In this document: positions 1 through 10,756 of the stretch, in pieces
Layout of the letters: the number at the start of each line of letters is the position of its first letter
Position numbering within the stretch: the first letter of the stretch is position 1
NCBI GenBank assembly: GCA_964631865.1
Contig: CAZWAK010000015.1
Span: 89 to 64,088 of the forward strand
Source of the DNA: an uncultured Heliobacteriaceae bacterium
Lineage (GTDB): Bacteria; Acidobacteriota; Blastocatellia; RBC074
Reading direction: 5' to 3'
DNA: 64,000 bases
The notes under the pieces: model-generated
Databases searched by the model: none
What the model was told of the DNA's origin: nothing
What the model saw: only the letters and a program-made list of their open reading frames with translations
Program-made: the position numbers and the translations under genes

Positions 1-995
1 CTCCAGCCCATTGCTCACTTTCGTCCATTGATTGCGCGCGAGTGCTGCATACGCCGCTTCAATCACTTCCACCGAAGCAATCGCGTCCTGCGCCGTCACA
101 AGCAACGCTTCTTCACCGCGAATCGCACCGCAGAAATTGATGATGTTGCTTTTGAAGGCTTGCACCTTATCGTAGCCTTGCCCAAAGACAATCCATTCGT
201 TGTTGCCGTTCTGGCGAAACTTCGACTCTTTCCAACCCACTACGACCGTGCCTTTCGTGCCGTAAATCTGAATGTAATGTTCCAACTCTTTGTTGATGCT
301 CCACGAAAGATCAATGCGACCCAAGACGCCGTTGGCACTGCGCACGAACATCTGCACGGTCTCTTCGACTTCGAGGTTATGTGCGCGCACGCCTTCGATG
401 GCTTGCACCTCGTCCAGCGGCCCCAGGAAATACCGCATAATGTCTATCGAATGCGTGCCGTTATCAATCAACACGCCGCCGCCGCTGATCTCGCGCTGCG
501 CATTCCACCGCTGCGACATATCAATGCGCGATGTGAACGCATTTTCGACCAGCAGAATCTCACCGAGAATGCCAGAGCGCACGATGCTTTTTGCCCGCAC
601 GACATCTTCGACATACCGAAACTTCGACGCCATCGTCAACTTCACGCCGTTGCGCTGCGCCGTGTCGAGCATCAACTCCGCGCTGCTGACATCAATGCTC
701 AGCGGCTTTTCGCACAGGACGTGAACTTTGCGCTGGCAAAAGTACAACGCAATTTCGGGATGCGCGCTGGGCGGCGTGCAAATGATGACCGCGTCCAGTG
801 GCCATTCGCTGGCCATCGCTTCGTAGGAAACATAGTTGCGACAGCCAATTTGCGAGGCCAGCTTGCGTGCCGCATCAGCATTCACGTCAGCCACACCGAC
901 CAGACGCGCGATCTTCAAATCCTTGAAGGCTTGCACATACGCTTGCGCGATACCACCAGCGCCGACCAATCCAAAACGGATGATCTCTTCTGCCA
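1..995 (-). CDS. Gfo/Idh/MocA family NAD(P)-dependent oxidoreductase (sugar-nucleotide dehydrogenase type); C-terminus runs off the window edge
   Basis: Reverse-strand translation from ATG at 995 reads MAEEIIRFGLVGAGGIAQAY..., a Rossmann GxGxxG N-terminus typical of Gfo/Idh/MocA. 17 nt downstream of the DegT stop on the same strand. Not in the ORF track because the ORF is open at the window edge. Confidence 0.75.
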
Positions 996-1011
996 TGGTC
1001 TTGCTCCTGTT

Positions 1012-2247
1012 TCAGTGCGCCAATTCGTTGACCGCTTGATGAATCGAATCGGCGATGTAGTGAACGTGTTCGTCGGTGTAACGTTCGTTCCAGGGCAGGA
1101 CGAGAATGCTTTCCAATCCGGCAAACGTGCCGGGAAATTTGGCGCGACTGTAATCCACCGCTTCAGGACGTGCCAGCGTAAACGGCCAGCGACTGTTGCC
1201 GAACGTGCGTTGTTCGGCAAAGACCTGACATTGAAACGCAGGCTTTTGAATGTAGCGCGGCGCAGAGAAAATGCCGCGTTCGTCTTTGAGCTTTTTGGCG
1301 AGGCCAACCGCGCCGCCGGGAATGACATCGCCGTCCACGCGCAGACAATATTTCCAGAAGCTGCTGGCATTGCCGGGCGCAACGTACGGCGTTTCGATGC
1401 CGCGCACGCCGACCAGCAATTCGGACAATTGATTCGCGGTGCGCTGCCGTTGTTGCACGGACCAATGCAGCTTGTCGAGCTGCGCCAATGCCACCGCACC
1501 CGTGAGTTCATTCATCCGGTAATTCAAGGCGATGAAGTAATGATCGGGATTCGGATCGCCGTAGCCGAACGCTTTGTTGATGAGCAGGAACAAGCGCCGC
1601 GCAAGCGCATCATCATTGGTCGTGACGATGCCGCCTTCGCCCGTCGTGATGTGTTTGCCTTGCTGCAAACTGAAGCAGCCGATGTCGCCAATCGTGGCCA
1701 CGTATTGCCCGCGATACTTGGACAAAAACGCCTGCGCCGCGTCTTCGATGACGGGGATGTTGCGCGCCTGTGCGAGCCGCAGAATCGCGTCCATTTCGCA
1801 CGGATTGCCGAACAGATGCGTGACGATGATCGCTTTCGTGCGCTCGCTCAAGCACGGTTCAATCGTTTCCGCCGTGACGTTCCAGGTTCTCGGATCAACG
1901 TCAGCAAAGACAGGGATCGCGCCTTGATACAAAATCGGCGTCAGCGCGCCCATATCGGTGATCGAAGTCGTGATGACTTCATCGCCCGGTTCCGGGTCAA
2001 TCGCAGCGATGGCGATGTGAACCGCCGCCGAGCCGGATGAGCAAGCGTAAGCGTGCTTGACGCCGAGCATTTCGGCAAAATGTTTTTCGAGCGTTTTGAC
2101 GAATTTGCCTTTGGTGCTGGTGAGGGTTCCTGCGTTGATGGCTTCGGCCAAAGCGGCAATTTCAGAAGTACCTAAGGTACGGCCCGAAGCGTCCTGATCC
2201 GAAGGCAAAGTCAGGATTTCCGTTGATGATAGGACGGTAGTAGTCAT
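1012..2247 (-). CDS. DegT/DnrJ/EryC1/StrS family PLP-dependent sugar aminotransferase
   Basis: 411-aa ORF. Family-typical layout (..GVKHAYACSSGSAAVHIAI.., ..DAAQAF.., FSLQQGKHITTGEGG). Paired with an upstream oxidoreductase, as in WbpB/WbpE-type amino-sugar pathways. Confidence 0.88.
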   Translation of the reverse strand: MTTTVLSSTEILTLPSDQDASGRTLGTSEIAALAEAINAGTLTSTKGKFVKTLEKHFAEMLGVKHAYACSSGSAAVHIAIAAIDPEPGDEVITTSITDMGALTPILYQGAIPVFADVDPRTWNVTAETIEPCLSERTKAIIVTHLFGNPCEMDAILRLAQARNIPVIEDAAQAFLSKYRGQYVATIGDIGCFSLQQGKHITTGEGGIVTTNDDALARRLFLLINKAFGYGDPNPDHYFIALNYRMNELTGAVALAQLDKLHWSVQQRQRTANQLSELLVGVRGIETPYVAPGNASSFWKYCLRVDGDVIPGGAVGLAKKLKDERGIFSAPRYIQKPAFQCQVFAEQRTFGNSRWPFTLARPEAVDYSRAKFPGTFAGLESILVLPWNERYTDEHVHYIADSIHQAVNELAH

Positions 2248-2356
2248 TGGTCTATATCCTTAACCTGTAGGAAATAACTCTACAGTTGCTTTTTCTCTCT
2301 CGTGGTTCGTCAGGTTGGCTTGCAAAGTACCGCAACCGGGGATGGTGGCGGCAGGG

Positions 2357-4057
2357 TTACTTAATTGTAACATCGCGTATTTGCAGATTTTGTTGCGAAC
2401 CATCACTAATAGTTTTACGGGCAGATAATCGCAGTCTCAGTAAGCGGGACAAGAGCCGCAAATGTCCGAAGATAGTTTTCAATAACTTCATTTTTGAGTA
2501 CCCGAATAACCGCACCGCTAACGTGGCCGGATACTCAACGATAGGTTCTCCTTGTAGGTCTAACTTCCCTAATAGTTCCGCTATACCTAAGAAGTTATCT
2601 TCTTCCAGTTGTAGCTTTTCAACCACGCTCTTTCTATACACGCGAAAACAACTGGTATACGTCGCTAAGTTCTGACGTAAGACCTGGCGGTACAAAAACG
2701 AAGAACCTTTGGATAAAGTCAGCCGCCAAGCGGGAACATTTAGCACTTTTCCCTCGGCGTGATAAGGCGAGGCCGTGACGAGCGAAACTCCCTCTTGTAA
2801 TCGTGGGATCATGTTTTTCAGTTCGTGCGGATCATACGAACAATCACAATCCATCGAACAAACAATCTCGGTTTTCGCCGCGTGAATGCCCGTCATAATC
2901 GCTGCTGCCACGCCCTGATTTTGCTTGTGTCGCAGGATGGCGAAGTTCGGTTTCTGGGAAAATAGTCGCTGTAAACTTTCCTGCGTTTGATCCGTACTAC
3001 AATCGTCCACAAAGATAAAGCTTGGTTTATACTTTTCCCCCAACGTTTCTTCCACACTAACTAAAGTGTTGGCTAAGTAAGGCAACGTAGATTCTTCATT
3101 AAAGCAGGGGATCACGATACTAACGGGGACTTTATTCGTTGCCTCGGAATTGATAGTGATAAGTTTCGGCTTATTTAATGATTTCGCTTTAACTAACTCT
3201 GGCGCTAATTTGGTGTCTAAGTGTAAGTACTCGGCAAAAGACGTGAAGTTATACTTCTTCAGATAATCCTCAATGACCCAATACATTTTACCGAGGTTGC
3301 GGTAATGTCGGATTTTAGCCAAAGGCGAAGCGCTGTTGATGCGCGGTTGCAGGCGATCCAGTTCCCAGACGTGAAAATACATCACGAACGGCGCATCGTG
3401 CGACTCGTGCCAGTTTTTGACGGCTTGCTTGAGAATCGTATGAGGAAATTGCCGGAAGAAATTGCCGCCCGCAATCGGCAGTAAAACGCCGGGCATTTTC
3501 CAGGTCGAAACCGGGAACTCCCGTAGCGACTTCGTACCGAATTGTAATTCATGGGCAAATTGTTTGGCGGGGTCGCGGCGCAATTCGTCGCGCGTCGGGA
3601 CGATGCTGGCGTCGTAGGCAAATCCTTCCTGCGCCAAAATTTCCAACGCCCATTGCACGGTTTTGAATTGCCATCGCTGCGCCGCGCGGAAGCCCACGAC
3701 TTGAGCTTGACCCGCCTCCGCCAACGTGTCGCGCGCGCGCAGAAGTTCTTCGCGGAAGTCTTCTGGACTAATGCGGTCGAGTTCCAGATTGGAATAGAGC
3801 GCGATTTCATGCCCGCGCCGCGTGATTTCACGGATGATATCGGGTTGGCGCTCGGCAATCCAACCGAGCGAAAAAAAGGTGACTTTGGCTTGAAAGCGAT
3901 CCAGCAGGTCGAGCGCCATCAGCGTGTTGTGCTCAAAGCGCGCTTCAAAGTGCGCCCATTGCCCACGCTGAATCAGATAATTGAACGCACCTACGTGATA
4001 GTAGTCTTCGAGCAAGACCGCCAGAAGGTGTCGCTTTGTCGGTAGCGGCTGGGTCAT
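2357..4057 (-). CDS. Fusion protein: N-terminal CE4 polysaccharide deacetylase (DUF3473/PEP-CTERM-locus type) + C-terminal family-2 glycosyltransferase
   Basis: 566 aa. N-terminal half has deacetylase-like blocks (VTFFSLGWIAERQPDIIREI..GHEIALYS). C-terminal half is GT2 (VSIVIPCFNEE..VDDCSTDQT..CSMDCDCSYDP). Confidence 0.8.
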   Translation of the reverse strand: MTQPLPTKRHLLAVLLEDYYHVGAFNYLIQRGQWAHFEARFEHNTLMALDLLDRFQAKVTFFSLGWIAERQPDIIREITRRGHEIALYSNLELDRISPEDFREELLRARDTLAEAGQAQVVGFRAAQRWQFKTVQWALEILAQEGFAYDASIVPTRDELRRDPAKQFAHELQFGTKSLREFPVSTWKMPGVLLPIAGGNFFRQFPHTILKQAVKNWHESHDAPFVMYFHVWELDRLQPRINSASPLAKIRHYRNLGKMYWVIEDYLKKYNFTSFAEYLHLDTKLAPELVKAKSLNKPKLITINSEATNKVPVSIVIPCFNEESTLPYLANTLVSVEETLGEKYKPSFIFVDDCSTDQTQESLQRLFSQKPNFAILRHKQNQGVAAAIMTGIHAAKTEIVCSMDCDCSYDPHELKNMIPRLQEGVSLVTASPYHAEGKVLNVPAWRLTLSKGSSFLYRQVLRQNLATYTSCFRVYRKSVVEKLQLEEDNFLGIAELLGKLDLQGEPIVEYPATLAVRLFGYSKMKLLKTIFGHLRLLSRLLRLRLSARKTISDGSQQNLQIRDVTIK

Positions 4058-4460
4058 CGTCTTTCTCTATGGGTTTGTCGGATGAGGCGTGGGAGGAGGC
4101 CACGCAGTATGTAACAACGGGCCGTCGCTTTTTTATTGCATCATCGTGACAAACGCTCTTTTCAATCGTGCAGGCCGTTCAGATAAAACGCTCTGCCTTC
4201 AACCCAACTAAAATAATAAAGATCGTTCGGTAATAGGTTTCTTTCGTCCTTTGCACAGCAATCCTTTGCGGGGGAGATTGCCACAGCTTATGCTCAGCGA
4301 GAATCGAGCGGGAACGTTAAGAAGAAACACTTGCTGGCCGGCTCGCGTCTTCGGTCATAATACACAAATTATACAATTAGGAATCACAACGTGAATGGCG
4401 CTGCGACAATATACTGTCCCCGTCGAGAGAACGCAAGTTCACCGCTTTTTTCGGGTGCGC

Positions 4461-5792
4461 TTACTTTTTCCGGGCCGCTTCAATCTTCTCGCTCAGCATG
4501 GCGACAAAATCTTCTCTGGCGTTGTAGCCCGCTTGCCGAAAGCTCACTTGCCCTTGCCGGTCGAACACGATGGTCGTCGGTATCGAAGTGATGCGGTATT
4601 CGGCATCCAGGTAATTCGCGTAGACCACCGGCAATTTGATCTTCTGCCCTTTGACGTAGGGTTCGACGTAGTTGCGATCATCGTCGGTATTGATCGCCAA
4701 AAAGACCACGTCCGGGTCGCCTTTGTATTTTTCCATCGCCTGTTCCAGCAGCGGCATTTCGACGCGACACGGCCCGCACCACGTGGCCCAAAAATTCGCC
4801 ACGATCACCTTGCCTTTGTAATCGGCCAGTCGTACGTCGCCGCCGTTGAGTTTCGTGAGCTTGAATTGCAGCGGGTCGTTGATGTTTTCGTTGGGATTCG
4901 GCGGGTCAAGCTTGGCCAAACGTTCGGCATGGTCTTTCGTAATCGCATCGTAAGCCTTGAGCAATTTGTCGCCCAAGCCATTTTCGGAGCCGTGTTTCGC
5001 CGCGTAAAGCTGACCAAGTTTGCGGCGGAGATCATCGCGGTTGACGCCTTCGGCAGCTTCTATGGAGTGAACAAACGCCTGCAAATAATATTCGATGGCT
5101 TGCTCGGTATTCTTTCGTTTTTCGGCAATGTCGGCCAGCGTCGCAACGCTCGCGGCGAGCGGCGATTGCTTGTAACTTTTGAGCAGGTCGCTTTCGGCCT
5201 TGTCGAGGTTGCCGAGATCGTTCTGCACCTGTCCGCGCAGCAAATAGACCGAAGCAAAAGTGCGGCCTTTTTGCTGTTCCCATTGACCGGGACTCACGCG
5301 CGCGGGTTTGGTGCGAGTAGCAAAAATGTCTTCGACGGCTTTGACCATTTTGTCGCCGTACGTGAGAGCTTTGGCCAAATCGCCCGCGCCTTTGCGGTCG
5401 CGCAGCGCCGTGACGAGGAAGGTCATTTTCACGAGGTCATTGCCGTTCGCGGCGACGAGTTTTTCGGCGTATGTGATTTGCCGATTGCGGTCGCGGAGTT
5501 CCTCAGCCATCTTGTACAACTCGCGTTCGATTTCGGCGCGGCGCGTGGTGTTGGGATAAGTTTTGAGGAAGGCTTCGAGATTGACGATGATCTGCTGCTG
5601 GTTGCCGCGTGAATCTTCAATCGCTTTGCGCAACGCTTCGTCTTCTGCTTCGTCGTTGTCTTTGGTGGAGGCCGCGGCGTCCGTCTTCGTCAACTCTTCA
5701 TTCGCTTTGGCCTTTGTTTTGTCTTGCGCCGCCGTTGGGAGATTGACCAACAGCGCCAGCGTCAACAGTAACCACATGATTTTCAGTTTCAT
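4461..5792 (-). CDS. Secreted TPR-like/thioredoxin-fold protein (TlpA/ResA-like thiol:disulfide oxidoreductase)
   Basis: Signal peptide MKLKIMWLLLTLALLVNLPTAAQ. C-terminal redoxin domain with WCGPC active site (ANFWATWCGPCRVEMP). The opposite-strand 405-aa ORF is antisense noise. Confidence 0.78.
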   Translation of the reverse strand: MKLKIMWLLLTLALLVNLPTAAQDKTKAKANEELTKTDAAASTKDNDEAEDEALRKAIEDSRGNQQQIIVNLEAFLKTYPNTTRRAEIERELYKMAEELRDRNRQITYAEKLVAANGNDLVKMTFLVTALRDRKGAGDLAKALTYGDKMVKAVEDIFATRTKPARVSPGQWEQQKGRTFASVYLLRGQVQNDLGNLDKAESDLLKSYKQSPLAASVATLADIAEKRKNTEQAIEYYLQAFVHSIEAAEGVNRDDLRRKLGQLYAAKHGSENGLGDKLLKAYDAITKDHAERLAKLDPPNPNENINDPLQFKLTKLNGGDVRLADYKGKVIVANFWATWCGPCRVEMPLLEQAMEKYKGDPDVVFLAINTDDDRNYVEPYVKGQKIKLPVVYANYLDAEYRITSIPTTIVFDRQGQVSFRQAGYNAREDFVAMLSEKIEAARKK

Positions 5793-5891
5793 CGCTCACT
5801 CCGCTCAAGAGGCTTGGGGTTGATTTTGGGGGGCCAATTATATCGGCGGCGAAAGTAAACTACAGGCCGGAGGACATTGCAACCAATTACT

Positions 5892-6950
5892 TTAGCGCGC
5901 GACACCTGCCGCGCGTGCGTCTTGCGGCGTTTCCACTGTGGCCGGAAAGCTTGCGTAGCTCCACTGCCAGGTCTTTTGATTGCGCAGGTCGGCCAGACGC
6001 AACGTGAATTCCAACACGTCGCCGGGGCGTTGCGTCGTCGCCTCGACACGGTAGAGCGGCAGGCTCCAATGCGTGTGCAACGTGCCCGCGCGCACAGGCG
6101 CAGTCGTGAAAGAAATCTCGTCGTCGAAGATTGCCTTGAAATACAAACAAAAGCCGTCCAAGCGTCCGCCCGTCGTCACAACGCGCCGATAATGCAGCGT
6201 CGCGGGAATGTCTTCTTGGCGCAGCGTGGCCAGATCAAACGTCAACACGGCTTTGGGTTGGCACAGCAATTGTCGCACCTGCTGCGGCTTGATGGTGGTC
6301 TGAAAATGATCTGCGCCGATTTGCGTTTTCAGCGATTTCAAATGGTCGAACTGAATCGTCGCAATGTTTTGCTCCCAGATAAACGGCACGCGGTCTTCGT
6401 CGTTGAGTTGCACCGGTTCAATGAACAACTCAAACCGACCGGGCAGAATTTTGCCGCCCGCCTTCAGCAATCGGTCGCGCGCGTCCAACACGCTCTCAAT
6501 CATATTTTCATTGAAGAGCCACGACCCCATTTGTTCTTGCACGAGAATGTCAACTTTTTCGGGCAGCACGACGCTTTGGCTGGGCGACTTGATGAACGTG
6601 ATGTTGATGATGTTGTTGTGTGCCGCGACGAGCTTGGCGGTTTCAATCATCTCGCCGTGATCTACGGCGTACACTTGTTTCGGCTGCTGGCGCGCGGCGA
6701 GAAACGACAAAATGCCCGTGCCTGTGCCGAGATCAAGCACGACATCGCGTTCCGTCACGTGTTTGGCGAGCGCCCACGCATACGCCTGGATGCGCACCGT
6801 GTCGGCCAACATCGTTTCGTGAATGGATAAGCCGCTGAAATGTTCCTGGTTTGCAATCTGCCGGTAAAGCGAAGCCAGGCGAGGATGAGCAAGAACTTTG
6901 GTTTTCAGACGAAGCAATAACCGGAAGACAGCCCCGATCAGTTTTTTCAT
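5892..6950 (-). CDS. Class I SAM-dependent methyltransferase, protein arginine N-methyltransferase (PRMT)-like
   Basis: VLDLGTGTGILSF SAM-binding motif I, followed by PRMT-like blocks (ILVQEQMGSWLFNENMIESV; ..TLHTHWSL.., a THW-loop-like element). Confidence 0.6.
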   Translation of the reverse strand: MKKLIGAVFRLLLRLKTKVLAHPRLASLYRQIANQEHFSGLSIHETMLADTVRIQAYAWALAKHVTERDVVLDLGTGTGILSFLAARQQPKQVYAVDHGEMIETAKLVAAHNNIINITFIKSPSQSVVLPEKVDILVQEQMGSWLFNENMIESVLDARDRLLKAGGKILPGRFELFIEPVQLNDEDRVPFIWEQNIATIQFDHLKSLKTQIGADHFQTTIKPQQVRQLLCQPKAVLTFDLATLRQEDIPATLHYRRVVTTGGRLDGFCLYFKAIFDDEISFTTAPVRAGTLHTHWSLPLYRVEATTQRPGDVLEFTLRLADLRNQKTWQWSYASFPATVETPQDARAAGVAR

Positions 6951-7140
6951 GAAGCAAATTTATTAAGGGGCTTCACAACAGATGCTCGTAACGTAACAAA
7001 AACAATCGTCAGTCATTAGTGCAGATGCACTGGCCGGGTAGTAGAACATCAGCGCATCCGCTTTTTTTATTAGTTCAATCAAAGTAGCTCAAGGTCAACA
7101 ACGTGATCCTGAATTCTAGCGCAGAATTGAGAGAAGGGGA

Positions 7141-8977
7141 TTACTTGCCGTGCAATTCAGCGTAATGTCTGAAAAACCAGTAAGTAATTCCTGCCCACGC
7201 CAACAGGTTAATCAAGGACACAATGAGTCCGACACTTTTCACCTGGCTACTGCGTGTGCCGTGCGCGCTTTTTTTGCCATACATTAGCATCACCACCAAC
7301 AAACCTACCACGACCCAGAAGAAGAGGCGAATGCCATAATCCAGGCTCGTCGCATTGGCAATGTAGGTGTTCACTTGCCAACTGGTCAGGATGAGCGTCG
7401 CCGCGATGCCGATCAGTGCCGCGACCGGGGGCTGGTACGGTTGCACGGTGCCGGAATCCGTTTCCACTGCGGGAGCAGAACTCAGTCGGCTGTTGGAGTA
7501 GCTGTAGGCAAAGTAAACCACCAGTCCGATGGACATCCAGTCAATCAGCCGAATCCAGGTGTCCAGCGGCAGACTGTTCATCAAATAGGCAGCGGAAAGA
7601 ACGGTGGCTATCGGAACGATGGGCGATAAGGGAACCTTGAACGGGCGATGCATGTTGGGGTTGGTGGCGCGCAAAATGATGATGCCCGTGCCCACAATCA
7701 CAAAAGCAAACAGCGTTCCGATGCTGACGAGTTCGCCGAGCAGGCTGATGGGAACAAATCCAGCCAAAATGGCGACGATGACGCCGGTAATCGCGGTCGT
7801 AATGTGCGGCGTCTGAAATTTGGGATGAACCTTCGCGGCCCAAGTTGGGAGCAAACCGTCTTTCGACATCGAATAAAAAACGCGCGGCTGTCCCATCACC
7901 ATCACGACCATTGTCGAACTCAAGCCCAGCACCGCGCCAACTTTGATGATGGTCGGGAAGACCGCCAGAATCGTCCCCATCGTCGTTCCTTGTGCCTGTT
8001 GCAGCGCGGCGTCAATGGCGACAGCAATCGGAGCGGCGGCATTGGTCAGCAGTTTGTAATCTACTAACCCGACCATGATCCCGGCGACCAGGATGTACAG
8101 CACCGTACAAATCGCCAGCGAGCCGAGAATCCCCATCGGCATGTCGCGTTGCGGGTTGCGCGCTTCTTGCGCGGCGGTCGAAACTGCGTCAAAGCCGATG
8201 TAGGCAAAGAAGATCACCGCCGCGCCGGTAATCACACCGCCAAAACCGAAGGGCATAAAATCCGCGCAACCCGGCGTGCCCGGCGCACAGCCCATCCCCA
8301 AATTGCCTTTATTCACGTAGCCGATGCCCGCGATGATGAACAACACCACGACCAGCACCTTGATGACCACGATGGCTGAATTGAAGCTCGCGGATTCCTT
8401 GATGCCTCGAATCAGCAATAACGTGACGGCGACGGCAATGAGCAGTCCCGGCAAATTCACCAGCCCGGAGACTTGGCTGCCATCCGCAAGCGTTACTTTG
8501 TCGAACGGCCCCGCCGTTAAAATCGCCGGTAGATTGACCGAGACCCCCAGCCATTGGCTGATGTCTTTCAATAAACTGACCACGTAGCCCGACCATCCGA
8601 CCGCCACAGTTGCCGCGCCGAAGGCATATTCCAGAATCAAATCCCAGCCAATGATCCACGCCACAAATTCGCCGAGCGTGCCATAGCCATACGCGTATGC
8701 CGAACCGGAGATCGGGACGCTGGCCGCAAACTCCGAATAGCAAAGCGCGGCAAACGCACTCACGATGCCCGCGAGAATCATAGAAATGACGACTGCCGGG
8801 CCTGCGTGTTTGCCTGCCGCCTGACCAGTCAGCACAAAGATGCCCGTGCCGATGATAGCTCCGACGCCTAACAGCGTCAGGTCAAGCGAGGTCAGGGTTT
8901 TCTTCAAGGTATGCTCGCCCGTTTCCTGGGCTTCGGCAATGATTTGGTCAATGGGCTTGGTCGCAAATAGTGACATC
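7141..8977 (-). CDS. APC-superfamily amino-acid permease with C-terminal extension
   Basis: [32 protein letters not shown].. multi-TM permease. Start moved to the ATG at 8977, which is preceded by GGAGGA. The track ORF extends further upstream to 9126. Confidence 0.82.
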
Positions 8978-9218
8978 AAATCCTCCTGTGGTTTCAGTGG
9001 CGGATGGTCAAGGATGTAAAGCATCCGCGTTTTGGGAATCGGTACTACCGCAATTGAGCGATGGCCAGGGAAGAGTTTCCGCCATCGAGTGGCGCTTACT
9101 CTAAACGCAAGCGTGCAGTGGGTCAATGCTTGAACGGCAGGAATTGATGCAATAACAGACTGATCAAAAACAAAACCGGGCGCGACATTGCTGCCAGCGC
9201 CCGGTCGTTGTGTACTGC

Positions 9219-10607
9219 TTATTTGCCCGGCGCAGGAGAGGCTTGCGCGGCGGGCGGCGGATTCGCGGATTTGCCGAAGGGCAGAATCTTGGCGATGTCA
9301 TTGAAAATCACGAAGCCCATCAACAGCATCAGCGCGACAAAGCCGACCTGTTGGAAGCGTTCGCGCACCTTCATCGTCAGCGTCATGCCAACCAGTCCCA
9401 GCAAGGCTTCGACGAAGATCAGCAAAATCATCCCGCCGTCCAAGACCGGAATCGGCAGCAGGTTCATGATGCCGAGGCTCAGGCTCAACAAGCCCATCAA
9501 TTGAATCGTGTCCGCCCAGCCGCCGGATTCGTAGGTTTCCGCCGTGATCTTCGCAATGCCAATCGGGCCGGAGAGCGAATCACGCGCGGACAAACGCCCG
9601 ACGATCATTTGCTTGAACGCGACAAAATTCATCTTGAGGATGCGCCAGTTGTAATCAATCGCGAAGCCCAGGGCCGAGACGATGCCCGTGCGCTGAATGA
9701 ACACGGATTCCTGCTGAATTTCTACGCCGATGCCGAACAAATCGTTTTTGACCGCATCGTTCACCGTGATTTTGGCTGTCGCCGCCTGGCCGCCGCGCTC
9801 CAGATTCAGCGTGACTTCTTTGCCTTTGCTATCCTTGATGGTCTCGAACATTTTGCTCATCGTTTGGAGCGGCTGTCCGTTGATGCCAGTGATGTGGTCT
9901 CTGGCTTGGAGACCGGCGCTGGCGGCAGCCGAGTCAGGTTTGACGTTGGCGACGAGAATTTGTTTCAGATACGGCTCAATGCCAATGCGTGCGCCCTGAC
10001 CGCCGTCGGTTTTGGGACGCACGACGACGTTCAGTTGCTGACCGTTGCGCTCAATCGTCATCGGAATGTCTTCGTCCGGGTGCATCATCACATCCACTTT
10101 GAAGTCATTGAAGGCCGGGTCTTGAATGCCGTGCGAAACGAGGATGCGATCCATCGGTTGTAAGCCTGCTTTTTCGGCGGGCGAATCTTTGACGACGTGA
10201 CCGATGATGATGGGCTGCGAATTCTGCGCGCTTTCCTGAAAGCCAATCATAATTGCCACGAGCGGAATCAGGATCGCCGTAAAAATATTGAAGGCTGGCC
10301 CCGCAAGCGCGACCAAAAATCGCTTCCACTTCGCGTGCGAGAGAAATTCTTCGACCGAGCCTTCGCTCTTGCCTTGAATCATTTCCAAGTTCTCGCCGCG
10401 AAATTTGACATAGCCGCCGAGCGGAATCGCGCTGATGCGAAAATCCGTCCCGCCCCAATTGAAGCCGAACAAGCGCGGCCCAAACCCGACCGAAAACACT
10501 TCGGCAGGAATGCCCAGCACTTTGGCCACGATGAAATGCCCGAACTCGTGAATCGTCACCATCAATGCCAAGACAATTAAAAAAACGACAATGCCTGAAA
10601 TAGTCAC
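9219..10607 (-). CDS. rseP: RIP metalloprotease RseP (site-2 protease, PDZ domains)
   Basis: [14 protein letters not shown] HExxH motif at the N-terminus, PDZ-like middle, C-terminal TM. GTG start at 10607 preceded by AAGGAG. The track ORF over-extends to 10751. Confidence 0.82.
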   Translation of the reverse strand: MTISGIVVFLIVLALMVTIHEFGHFIVAKVLGIPAEVFSVGFGPRLFGFNWGGTDFRISAIPLGGYVKFRGENLEMIQGKSEGSVEEFLSHAKWKRFLVALAGPAFNIFTAILIPLVAIMIGFQESAQNSQPIIIGHVVKDSPAEKAGLQPMDRILVSHGIQDPAFNDFKVDVMMHPDEDIPMTIERNGQQLNVVVRPKTDGGQGARIGIEPYLKQILVANVKPDSAAASAGLQARDHITGINGQPLQTMSKMFETIKDSKGKEVTLNLERGGQAATAKITVNDAVKNDLFGIGVEIQQESVFIQRTGIVSALGFAIDYNWRILKMNFVAFKQMIVGRLSARDSLSGPIGIAKITAETYESGGWADTIQLMGLLSLSLGIMNLLPIPVLDGGMILLIFVEALLGLVGMTLTMKVRERFQQVGFVALMLLMGFVIFNDIAKILPFGKSANPPPAAQASPAPGK

Positions 10608-10756
10608 GTAACGCTCCTTAAAACTGCACCGCAACGAAAATTCGATTGCGGCAGACCGCTGTCGCTGCAAAAATACGCTCGCAACCAAAAGACGCTCAGC
10701 GACGAATGCGTGCCAGTGTAGGCCAGCGGCGAAGAGAGTGTCAAACTGCAAATATT

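Noticed and set aside
28-2040. 670-aa ORF on the + strand spanning the oxidoreductase and aminotransferase genes
   Set aside because: Runs antisense to two well-supported minus-strand genes with clear family motifs. It is Arg/Ala-rich and low-complexity, as typical for stop-codon-poor antisense frames in high-GC DNA. The same applies to 4395-5612(+), 5877-6830(+), 26283-27572(-), 28414-29199(-), 30836-32026(-), 35021-35857(-), 36409-37323(-), 41983-43050(-), 43063-43968(-), 45445-46659(-), 50485-51588(-) and 53561-54427(-).
7010-7100. Possible terminator for the minus-strand permease (AGTGCA-GA-TGCACT hairpin and nearby T-run)
   Set aside because: The hairpin and the T7 run are not contiguous or correctly oriented for a canonical intrinsic terminator on either strand.
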